A stretch of 64,000 nucleotides of DNA, taken from the NCBI GenBank assembly GCA_977017645.1, contig OZ360219.1:170562001-170626000 (forward strand), in the 5' to 3' direction. Under the pieces are notes generated by a model. It did not search any database, was not told the origin of the DNA, and saw nothing but the letters and a program-made list of their open reading frames with translations. How positions within the stretch are numbered: the stretch's first letter is position 1; each line of letters begins with the position of its first letter. Position numbers and translations under genes: made by a program. This document shows positions 21,606 through 32,109 of this stretch, one piece after another. Origin of the DNA: Torpedo marmorata (Eukaryota).

Positions 21606-22465
21606 AGAATGGCGGCGCTGCCGGAGCCGCTGTAGCGGCAGCGCTGCCGCTGGTGCGGACCCGCGAGGAGCGTGGGAGCGGAGATACAGTGCTCCCGCGG
21701 GGTCCAGCTGCCCAGTCGACTGCCATCGGTTCCACACGGGCTTTGAACGGCCCGTTAAAGGAGCCGACGGTGGTTTTATTTGAGATCCCGCGACTGCGGG
21801 GTCTGCGCCCAAGATGGCAGCGCCTATTAATCGGCAGCAGCCACGAGGGGTTGCAGACTCCGGGGAAGCGGGGGACTGGAGCAGGGCATTAGAGGATGGG
21901 AAGATCACCCCCCATCTGAGAAGGAGAAGCGGAGGAGACGACCCATGGGACGGTGACCACGGCGGCGGACCGGTGAGGGGATCTGAGGCTGAAGGACCAG
22001 TGCATGCGGCGGGCTGCTGGCGACTCGAGGCGAGGAACCCGCGGAGGCTGTGGGCTGCTGGAGACTGCTGTCGGGGGACTCACGACGGGCTGCGGACTGC
22101 TGGAGGTTGGCTCGAACTGGCTGGAGGAGTACCAGGTATCGGAACCGGGATGTGAGGGGGTGCCGAGGGCGCCGTGACCGTGTTGGAGGTTCGGATCTGG
22201 AGCTCGGGATGCCGATCGTTTGGACTGGACTCTGTGTGGCTGCAGAAGCGCTGGAGGCGAATGTATGGACACTCGGTGACTTTGGGGGGACTCTCTTTTG
22301 CTTCTCTTTCTCTGACTGTAAGGAATGTTAGAGGCGCTTAGGCAATTTCTGCCGATGGCGAATCTGTCTGCCTTGCAGCAGGCAAAAATAAATTTTGTGG
22401 TATATGACACTGTCTTATTGCTATGACAATAAATTGAGTCTTGAATCTTGAGTCTTGAATCTTGA
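21606..22465 (+). mobile_element. GC/CpG-rich non-autonomous retroelement with a Rex1-like 3' tail
   Basis: Sharp GC-rich island starting agaatggcggcgc, with several hairpins and no credible ORF. Ends atgacaataaa + (tcttga(a/g))n, like the Rex1-type tails in this window. Confidence 0.75.
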
Positions 22466-22471
22466 AGGAAA

Positions 22472-22722
22472 AAAGGTAAAGGTAAAGGTTCCATTATTGT
22501 CACATAATACTACATTTAGAATGTAACATACATGAAATTCTTTAATTTTTGTCTACCGTAAGGCAGACAGAGGGTCGCTATTTTGTCCAGCGCCCCTCAC
22601 AGAAACCTACAGCACCTGGTGTTCCTTGGCGGTCTCCCCTCCAAGTACTGACCAGTCCTGTGCCTGCTTATCTTCTGTGATCAGACAATCCCAGTCGTAT
22701 TCAGGCTATTGGTGCTGTAAAA
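22472..22722 (-). mobile_element. 5S rRNA-derived SINE (SINE3 type)
   Basis: 22603-22722 is the reverse complement of a diverged full-length 5S rRNA (box A-like agataagcagg, box C-like tacttggaggggag, gtgctgtagg end). It is fused to a 130-bp tail ending gtgacaataatggaa(ccttta)n. A second tail copy is at 44312. Confidence 0.9.
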
Positions 22723-22729
22723 GTTGTAT

Positions 22730-23540
22730 GGTAAAAAAAGATAGGTAGGTTAGCAAATTGAGAGGACACACATAACCTGTAAATGGATTTGATATATTGA
22801 GTGAGTGCGCAAATGTTGGCAGATGAAACCAACTTTAGAAAATGTGATGTTTATTCACTTTGGAAGAATTTAAATAGAGACTGATAAATGTGGTAAAATG
22901 GAATCTTTGAGTCCAAGCACATGAATCTCACAGAATTGTCATGTATTTTAAGTGAGTAATTAGGAAGGCTAGTGGTTTGTTGATCTTTATTGAAGGGAGT
23001 TGAAAGGTAGAGAAGTTTTGTTGCAATTTTACAGAGAGCTGGTGAAACTGCACATGCATTACCCAGTACATATTTAAGGAAGAATATAATTGTATTAGAG
23101 CCACCATAGAGAATGTTGATTCATAAGCTGAAGGAATTGATATCTAGAGGGAGGTTGAGCTGGATGGGTTTGGACTCATTGAAAACATAGAATGAGAGAT
23201 GATTTCATTGAAACAAAAGACTCTGAGGTGCATTAATGGTGTGGATGTTGAAAGAATGTTTTTTTAGTGGTAGTATGAAGAATAAGAATAAGACGTTGCA
23301 CATTTAAAAGAGACATGAGTGATAATTTCTTCTCTCGGAGATTTGACATCTTTGAAATTCTTTACCTCAGAGAGCTGTCAATGTGGAGTAATTAAATACA
23401 TTCAAAGCACAGATTGACAGAACTGGAGCTACTAGGGAGTCGCGAGTTATGGGGAGAGAAGGAAAGCAGGCTGAACCATCATTTCATTGATTGGTGGGGC
23501 TGGCTTACTGACTTGCCCCCTTTCTCATGGCTTATGTTTT
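22730..23540 (+). mobile_element. Degenerate CR1 LINE 3' part
   Basis: WQM...EKCDV-like RT remnants and a CR1 3' end. Confidence 0.7.
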
Positions 23541-24029
23541 AATAGTTTAAAGATTGCTACATTTTTGTTTTAAAATCATACTAGTGGTGAGGGTGATACT
23601 TGTTTCCCTTGTGGAAATTAGATCATCTCAAGTTCAAGTAAAAATTATTATTGGAAAGAATTAATGTTGAAGAGAATGTGAACCATCTTAAAATATTTTT
23701 TTTGTCAATTGACATAAATAGATGGAATAAGAAACTTTGTGTGTCGAAAGTACAACATCAATTTTGACATCTATTTTGCTGTATGTCTTGGCAGCAGCTC
23801 TGACTTGTCTTTCTGTGTCCACATCTTTTTGTTTTGTATTTTCTTTCACTTTTTACATTGACATGAAGCATTTTTTTCTCTTTCTGTATTGGTGTCCAAA
23901 GAGGGCAAGGCAAAAAATATTTTTCAGACAAATGGAAGCACTTTGCTTTCCATGTTATTTTCATTCATTTATAGGCAAGTAGAATGAGGAAAATCTAATC
24001 CTTACAATTCTTTCAAACCTTCACTTTCT

Positions 24030-25408
24030 CCTGCCTTAACGACGATCGACCAGTAGCACTTACATCAACAGTGTTTTGAAAGGCTGGTGATGAAGCATAT
24101 CAGCTCCTGTCTGAGCGGTGACATGGATCCATTCCAGTTCGCCTATCGCGGCAACAGGTCTACGGCGGATGCCATCTCACTGGCTCTACACAAAGCCCTG
24201 GAACACCTGGACAGCAAAGATGCATACATCAGGATGCTCTTTATCGACTACAGTTCGGCATTTAACACCATCATCCCCTCAAAACTGATCAGCAAAGTCC
24301 AATAACTGGGAGTTAACACCCCACTGCGTAATTGGATCATGGATTTCCTCACCTCCAGACCACAATCGGTGAAGATTGGTAAGAACTTCTCCTCCACAAT
24401 CTCCATCAGTACCAGAGCACCACAGGGCTGTTCTTCTTAGCCCCCTGCTCTACTCACTTTACACCTACGACTGTGTAGCTCGGTATGACAATAACACCAT
24501 CTACAAATTTGCCGACGATACCATGGTAGTAGGATGTATAAAGGAAGGGGATGAGACAGCATACAGGATGGAGATTGAAAACCTGGCTGAATGGTGCACC
24601 AACAACAACCTTGCACTCAATGTCACCAAAACTAAGGAGCTGATTGTTGACTTCAGGAAAGAAAAGCCAGAGGTATACAATCCAGTGACCATTGGGGGAT
24701 CAGAGGTGGAGAGGGTGAGCAAATTTAGGTTTTTGGGAGTCACTATCTCAGAGGATCTTTCCTGGACCCAACACACCAATGGCATCATGAAGAAAGCACG
24801 TCAGCACCTCTGCTTCCTCAGGAGTTTGCAGAGGTTTGGTATGACACCAGAAACACTGGCAAATTTCTACAGATGTGTGGTGGAAAGTGTGCTGACCAGC
24901 TGCATCACGGTCTGGTACGGGAACACCAATACCCCTGAGCGTAAAGCCCTCCAAAAGGTAGTGGACACAGCCCAGGACATTACTGGCAAAACCCTCCCCA
25001 CTATTGAGTACATCTACAGGGAACACTGCTTTCGGAGGGCAGCAGCAATCATCAAAGACCCATACCACCCAGCGCACGCTCTGTTCTCGCTGATGCTATC
25101 AGGAAAGAGGTATAGGTGCCACAAGACTCGCACCACCAGGTTTAGGAACAGCTGCTACCCCTCTACCATCAGAATCCTCAACAACAAAGTCAAATCAGAG
25201 ACTCATTTAAGGACTCTTACTCGTGCACTTTAATGATTTTTTCTTTGCTCTCTCTGTATTGCACAGTCAGTTTCATTTTCATTTTCAGTTTCATTCATTA
25301 CCTGTTAGCAGTTCTTTTGATTGTTTACATGTTTACGCTGTGTACAGTTTACTTTTTGCACAACCAATTAGGGGTAATTCTGCTGCGCCCGCAGGAAAAA
25401 GAATCTCA
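24030..25408 (+). mobile_element. Rex1/Babar LINE (family A), RT to 3'UTR; the last ~40 nt of its tail are displaced to 26234-26275
   Basis: [17 protein letters not shown]...[30 protein letters not shown] and C-terminal domain. Few lesions. Closely similar to the copy at 55780-57134. Confidence 0.93.
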
Positions 25409-26233
25409 AGTCAAGTCAAAAGTCACCTTTATTTGTCGTTCATACCATATAAACAGTAAAGACGAAATAGCGTTTCTCTAGGACCATGGGCAAATTTACA
25501 TAAATATCATAATACAATAAAAAAAAACGATGACATGCTAATACACATATATATCTAAAAATTGAGGAGCCTGATGGCTTGGGGGAAAAAACTGTTGCAC
25601 AATCTGAACGTGTGGGCCCGAATGCTACGGTACCTCCTTCCAGCTGGCAGAAGGGAGAAAAGTTTACAAGAGGGGTGTGAGAAGTCCTTCACAATGTTAT
25701 TAGCCTTCCTCATGCATCGTGTGTTGTAAATGTCCGTCATGGTAGGAAGAGTGACCCCAATAATTTTCTCCGCTGACCCCACTATCCTCTGCAGGGTCTT
25801 ATGGTCTGAGATGGTACAGTTTCCAAACCAAGCGGTGATGCAATTGCTCAGAATACTCTCAATACATCCTCTGTAGAATGTAGTAAGGATAGAGGGTGGA
25901 AAATGAACTTTCCTCAGCTTTCGCAGGAAGTAGAGGCGCTGCTGGGCTTTCTTGGCTATGGAACTGGTGTTGAGGGACCAGGTGAGATTCTCCGCCAAGT
26001 GCACTCCAAGAAATTTGGTACTCTTGACGACTTCAACAGTAGAGCCGTCCATGGTCAATGGAGAATGATCCCCCCGGGCCCTCCTGAAGTCGACAACCAA
26101 CTCTTTTGTTTTATTTACATTCAGATGCAGGTTGTTGGCTCCGCACCAGTCCATTAGCGACTTCACCTCATCTCTGTACGCTGACTCATCGTTCTTGATG
26201 ATAAGGCCCACCACGGTCGTATCATCAGAGAAC
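25409..26233 (-). mobile_element. Rex1/Babar LINE (family B), 5'-truncated, inserted in the tail of family A
   Basis: Open ORF KFSDDTTVVGLI...KKAQQRLYFLRKL...NSFFPQAIRLLN. Tail gacaaataaaggtgacttttgacttgact. Confidence 0.92.
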
Positions 26234-26727
26234 TTGTATGTGATGTCATGTATATTCTCTGACAATAAATCTGAATTCTCCATGGAATGTATTTAAAAAA
26301 GCTCCAGCATTAGTTTCTTTTTTAAATGAGGAACAGATATTAATCTTTCCATAAAAGTAAGATTCATGAATTAATATTGTGGCTCCATTTTAGACATAGA
26401 AGTGAACAGAAATTAACATGCAGTCAGAGACCAACAATTGTTGTTTAAGAATGTATTTGCTCATGAGATGCTGAAACTATATCTGAACATTAAAAATAAT
26501 GGGTCAAAATTGTGACATCAATGCTGAATGACGACTCACCTTGGTCTCTTACCTCTTTCAGAGAATATTTGCATCTGTGCATTTATCATAAGAATCTTTC
26601 CAATATTGGAGGAATATATTGAGCAATGAGGTGAAGATAAATATGGTTTGTGAAGTTTGATGTTATAGCTACACCATCAGTAATGCGTGCAAATTGTGCA
26701 AATCAGGTGCTGGTGATCAGGTTAGGG

Positions 26728-26965
26728 ATTCAGATTCAGATTCAGATTTCAGATTTATTGTCAGAGTACATACATGACGTCACATTCAACCCTGGGATTT
26801 TTCCTGCGGGCGCAGCAGAATTACCACTAATTGGTAGTGCAAAAAGTAAACTGTTCACAGCGTAAACATGTAAACAATCAAAATAACTGCTAACAGGTAA
26901 CAAATGAAACTGAAAATGAAACTGTCTGTGCAATACAGAGAGAGCAAAGAAAAATCAATAAAGCA
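26728..26965 (-). mobile_element. Rex1 family A 3'UTR/tail-only copy
   Basis: Reverse complement of 25230-25408 plus 26234-26275, with a (tctgaa)n tail. Confidence 0.9.
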
Positions 26966-27119
26966 AAAGCAAAGCAAAAATTATTCTGCCTGGAACAGCA
27001 GATGTTTATTATTAACTATCAAGTAATAATTAGAGAAGGCATCTGTGATGTTTTAAAATAATCTAGCTTCATTCCTGGCTCATAATTGTAGCTAATCTTC
27101 TTTAAAAACATATGAAGGT

Positions 27120-27260
27120 ACTGAATTTCCTCCCCAACAGCTCTGTAGGAGTACCTCTGTGAGCAGGACTGGCAGCAGTTCAAGGCAGTAGCTCACCCAC
27201 ACTTCTCAGAGGCAGTTGGAGATGGGCAATAAATGCTGGCTCAAGCAGCAATGCTTAGAT
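27120..27260 (+). mobile_element. Old LINE 3' end remnant
   Basis: cagcagttcaaggcagtagctcacccacacttctcagaggcagttggagatgggcaataaatgctggc, recalled as a common chondrichthyan LINE tail. Confidence 0.5.
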
Positions 27261-27448
27261 CACAGAAATTCTTTGAAAATGCATTAGAACATCAGCTTGG
27301 GTTTTAACACAATTATGCAAAAAATATACAATTTATATTTACATAATTGCACTTTATTATTTACTGTGTCATAATTTTATTAATATATTTTAATATACTT
27401 TCATACATATGTAAAGATTATAAATTCGATGTAACAAAAATGCTTGTA

Positions 27449-28232
27449 CGGTACATTTCCGATTATCCGAAATGCTCGGGACCGGACGTGTATCGGTTAA
27501 CTGCATTTTTCGGATAACCGAGAAATGGCTTTAAGCAGCCCAGAAGCATCAGCAGAATACTTGTATCGGCTGTCGCTGATCCACGACAACTCCCCACCGC
27601 CGTCGCCAATCCCCGACACTTCCCCACTGCCGTCGCCCATCCTGCCCGGGAGCCTGAGGTCCCCACTCCTGCCGCCGTCGCTGATCCCTGACACCTCCCC
27701 ACCGCCATCGCCGAACCTGCCCGGGAGCCCGAGGTCCCCGCTCCGATCCCAGACACCTCCCCACCACCGTCGCTGAACCTGCCCAGGAGCCCGAGGTCCC
27801 CGCTCCTGCCACCGCCATCCCCCCCGGTCCGATGCTGTCGCTGCCACCCACCCCCCCCCAGTCCGACGTTGCAGCTGCCGAAAAATCAGTGCCCCCCCGC
27901 GGTTACCCTAATGCCCCGATTAGATTTGTTCTGACGCCAACTTTGTAGACAGCGGAGAACCAAGTACAGTGGAGGGTAAAGAAGAAATGGAAAGAGAGCG
28001 GGAGGGAGTTACCTGAAACGAGGACAATCTCCCCATGCGCTGCCTGACCCGCCGACTTCCTCCAGTCACTCACTGATGTTACCAAACTGGGGCTAACAGC
28101 GTGTCAGAGCCCCACTTGAGCACGTCGGGTGAAATTTTTTTTTCAACTTGTGACGTCATGTTGCCGCCGAAAATTTTTTCAGATAACTGAAAATTTCGGT
28201 TAAGTGGTTTTCGGATAAGCAGAAACGTACTG
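27449..28232. mobile_element. Tc1/mariner MITE with internal GC-rich tandem repeats
   Basis: TIRs cggtacatttccgattatccgaaa / tttcggataagcagaaacgtactg, flanked by TA. Repeated tttcggataa subterminal motifs. C-rich repeats at 27570-27900. Confidence 0.88.
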
Positions 28233-28448
28233 TATTTGGAATTTTTGTTTGAGATAAATATTCAGTGAGAATCTTGAAATGTGCTTATAAAAGAAGCTGT
28301 TGCAAATTTGTGATATGTCTAATGCTATTGGACATTATTTTAGATTTCTTTCTCTCTTTGCATGTCCGTGTGCATATTAAAGAGTTTTCAGTATCTTAAC
28401 CAAAAATTCTGATAACTGTGATTGTTATCTTCAAAATAGGTTAAAACA

Positions 28449-29561
28449 ATGAGTCTGGTACTGTAAAGTAAGATTAGTAACAGAATCAACACCAATGTGT
28501 ACGTTGTTTGGTATCATCAGATATCATCAGTTATAATCACAATGGTATGCAGATAAAAGACTAAAGATCCTTACTTTGATTGTGGGTTTCAAAATGATTT
28601 GTGAATCATTTAAACAATCCTGATACTTTTTTGGAAGCTTTTAATTAAAAATGAATATGGAGATGATTCAGCTGCCTGACACAAAAGCCCGAAGCCTCTG
28701 TAATTTTGAAGTAAAATAGTTTCAAGATTTTGAAAGATGACTCAAAAATAAAGATTACTGCTATCTTTAGTAAGTTGAGTTTTAAAATTTACCAGCTGGT
28801 TCATGCTTTCACATTTTGTAGGATGATCAAAAATTGTGGTTGAGGCTAACTTGTAAATGTCAAGATCCCTCAAACATAGTTCTTTGAGTAATTTTATTTG
28901 TGAACATTGTGAAATGTTCCTTCTTGCTGTTTTAACTTCAGTTTGCCATCTTAATCTCTAACCTTTTTCAGGTTTCCTGTAATTTCTTCCTACTCTGTTT
29001 TGTTTTTGGTTGTTTTTCTTCTTGTATCTATTGAATTGTTTCCCTTTTTTTCTCAGTATCATTGTTTCACCTCTATTCCTCTTGTTCTTCTATCTCAGTA
29101 TTTCTAGATATTCACTAACTCTATACTTGGCATTTCAAAGTTGTCTCCTTATTTCTTGTTTTTTTTAATTTACCATATTCATTGATTCTATTCTTCTGTC
29201 TGACATAGATCTAAAAATGTTAGGCATATGCTTGTTTTTATTTTTAGGGACTTTATATTTTAATTTCCAAATTATCAATGGTGTTGAAGTTCATTTAGGG
29301 ATATGTACAAGATTGAGCCATCGTCATCAACAATATTTACACAAGTTCAACATTTGCTTGTAATAGAGGTGTGCAGTTCCCATGTTGAAATAAGAGCTAG
29401 AAATTAAAATAATACATTGGTTTAATGGAAAAATGTGAAAATCCAGACCTATTCACCATATAAAAAATAGGTAGATACAATTGATGAGTCAGGTGCTGTA
29501 AATTAAGATTAGTAACAAAATCAACACCAACATTTGCATTGTTTGGTTTCATCAGATATCA
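28449..29561 (+). repeat. Direct repeat pair, about 78 bp (28449-28526 and 29484-29561)
   Basis: atgagtc(t/a)ggt(a/g)ctgtaaa(g/t)taagattagtaaca(g/a)aatcaacaccaa...ttgtttggt(a/t)tcatcagatatca in both copies. Confidence 0.85.
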
Positions 29562-30699
29562 ATCTCATGTAAACAGTGAGTGTAATATTATACTGAGTCC
29601 TGATGAGCATCAAATCAGGCTATCAAGTAACAGTGCTAGGGTTTTCATAGGATTATGAAATTAACATCCAATGTTGATAATGCATTTCTAGCCTGCTCTC
29701 CTCTAGTTTAATTGCTTCATGTTTAAGTATTGTTTTTGTTTCGTAAGATGAAGTTAAATTCTATTTCATGTTTTTATATATTGGCATGCTTACCATGACA
29801 TTTATTGTAATACGCACATGTACTGTACTGCCTTTTATAAATACAAGATAAACATGGTTTCATTTATTTGATTGCTCATTTGATGATTGTTGATATGATG
29901 TTAACATTTAAGATTGTGAAGCTTTGTGATTAAAAAATTATGATGTAACCTCATAAAATAAAATCCTGTACACATGACCTGTATACGTTCTAAATAAATA
30001 TGATCCTAAAGCAAGCATTAAAAGGTGGCAATTATCAAGCAATTTTTTGGATTTGAAATAACGTTAGATTAATATTACATCACATTGAAGTCACCATGCA
30101 GAGGAAACTTTGTAGTCCTTATTTTTCCAAGCATTATTCACACAAGTCATATATAGAATACTTTTGGGTTGTCATGATGTGTGTTTATCACTTTAGCATA
30201 GCTTGACTTGATAAAATTTCATCGGTATTATTATTGTCGGTCTTCAGAAAAAAATTATGAAAGATCAACTGAATAATTTCTTCAATTTGTGTTATAGGTG
30301 TGAAATTGAGATTCATTGTATTGTTTTTTTTATATAATAACCCTTTCTTTCCCATGAACGAGTGTATCTCACATTTTCTTTCTCTCACGATCTTCAGATT
30401 TTTAAGACATAAATGAAAATTAACCTACACAGGTTTATAGTAATGTGAAATTGAAGCAAATATACTTGACAAACGTGCTCACTAAATGCTTTTATGTTGA
30501 CTTAGGAGTTGAAAATACTTCAAAGTTTTACTTGATTCCAACATGTGACATGACTAACTTGTGTGGGCTTAAAGTTCAAAGACATTTTGATGAAACTGGG
30601 GAGTATATCATTGAGAAAACATAATGCCATATTGAGCATTATGCTTACTTATAATCAACAAGACACAAAAGATACATTCCACATCTGAAGCTAGGTTGA

Positions 30700-31137
30700 A
30701 CAAGTTTTCCAATGACACCACAGTTGTCGGGAGAATCACAAACGGCAATGAGGAAGTGTACAGGAGGGAGATAGATCAGCTCTTTGAGTGGTGTCACAAC
30801 AACAACCTTGCGCTCAACATTAGCAAAACCAAGGAGATGATTTGTGGACTTCAAGAGGGAGTCAGGGGACCATGACCCAGTCCTCATCGAGGGCTCAGTA
30901 GTGGAGAGGGTCAAGAACTTCAAATTCCTGGGTGTTAACATCCCCAAGGATCTGTCCTGGAGCCTCCATGTTGATGCAGTCACGAAGAAGGCCCACCAGC
31001 GGCTATACTTTGTGAGGTGCTTGAGGAGATTCGGTATGTCACCGAAGACTCTCGTAAACTTCTACAGGTGTACCGTGGAGAGCATTCTGGCTGGTTGCAT
31101 CACTGCCTGGTATGGAGGCGCCAAATCTCAGGACAAG
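30700..31137 (+). mobile_element. Rex1/Babar LINE internal fragment
   Basis: VERVKNFKFLGV...KKAHQRLYFVR.LRRFG...ESILAGCITAWYG. Confidence 0.88.
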
Positions 31138-31144
31138 AATTATG

Positions 31145-31930
31145 TAAACTAAGTATAACGAAGATTATTAATGTTAGATATAGATTAGTTCAATATAATT
31201 TTTTTCATCAATTATATTTAACACCTAAAAAATTAAAGAAATTTAACGTGACATAATCAGGCTTATGTTTTAGATGTAATAGAGAGGAAGGTTCTTTTGT
31301 ACATTATACATGGTTTTGTCCAAAGGTTTATGATTTTTGGTTGAAAGTTAAAAAGTTTTTAGATAAAGTATTAAAAATTACATTCCCAATGGACCCTATG
31401 ATATTTTTGTTTAGAGATATTAAAAAAGTTAGTATTAAGATGAAATTAAATATGTATCAAATAGAATTTTTGCGAATTGCTTTAGCTGTTTCTAAGCAAT
31501 GCATTGCTATTACTTGGAAAACTGACGTAGATTTAGGGTTAGAAAGATGGCATGCAGAACTTCGTTCATGTATACCACTTGAAAAAATTACTTATAATCT
31601 ACGTAATAAATATTATTTCTTTCTGAAAATATGGAGCCCATATATGAAGGTTGTTGGTTTAAGGATTTGAAGATCTCTGGACATCGGATCTGACTTTCGA
31701 ACCTATCCTCCATAATAAAATTAATTATAGATGTATTTTTTAGATTGACATTCTCCTTATTCTATCTTTTTCTTTCTTTCTTTTTTATTTTAGTAGATTA
31801 GAAGGGGTGGGAGGGTTAGGGAGGGGAGGGGAGGGAGGGGGGGTGAAAATGTATCACATGTATTTTGATAATTTTATATTTACCTTATGTATTTTGTGAT
31901 TTAAAATTTTAAATAAAATATTTAAAAAAA
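31145..31930 (+). mobile_element. L1-clade LINE 3' fragment with poly(A)
   Basis: INVRYRLVQYNFFHQLYLTP, C-x2-C...H zinc-knuckle remnant, PLEKITY...FLKIWSPY, 3'UTR and A tail. aattatg on both flanks. Confidence 0.88.
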
Positions 31931-32109
31931 AATTATGGTGTTGGATTGTTGTACAAATTAATTGTGAACATATCAGAGATAGCAATTTTAATCCAAGTAT
32001 CTCAAGAGGGGATCTCTTTATCATATTTCTGCTATTAGGCAGAATGCAGATGCTGTCTTATGCTTCCTTATCGGGAGATTGGCCAACTTCTTGAGACTTT
32101 GAGATGGAT

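Noticed and set aside
22603-22722. Functional 5S rRNA gene
   Set aside because: Diverged, solitary, lacks a T4 terminator and is fused to a retroposon tail.
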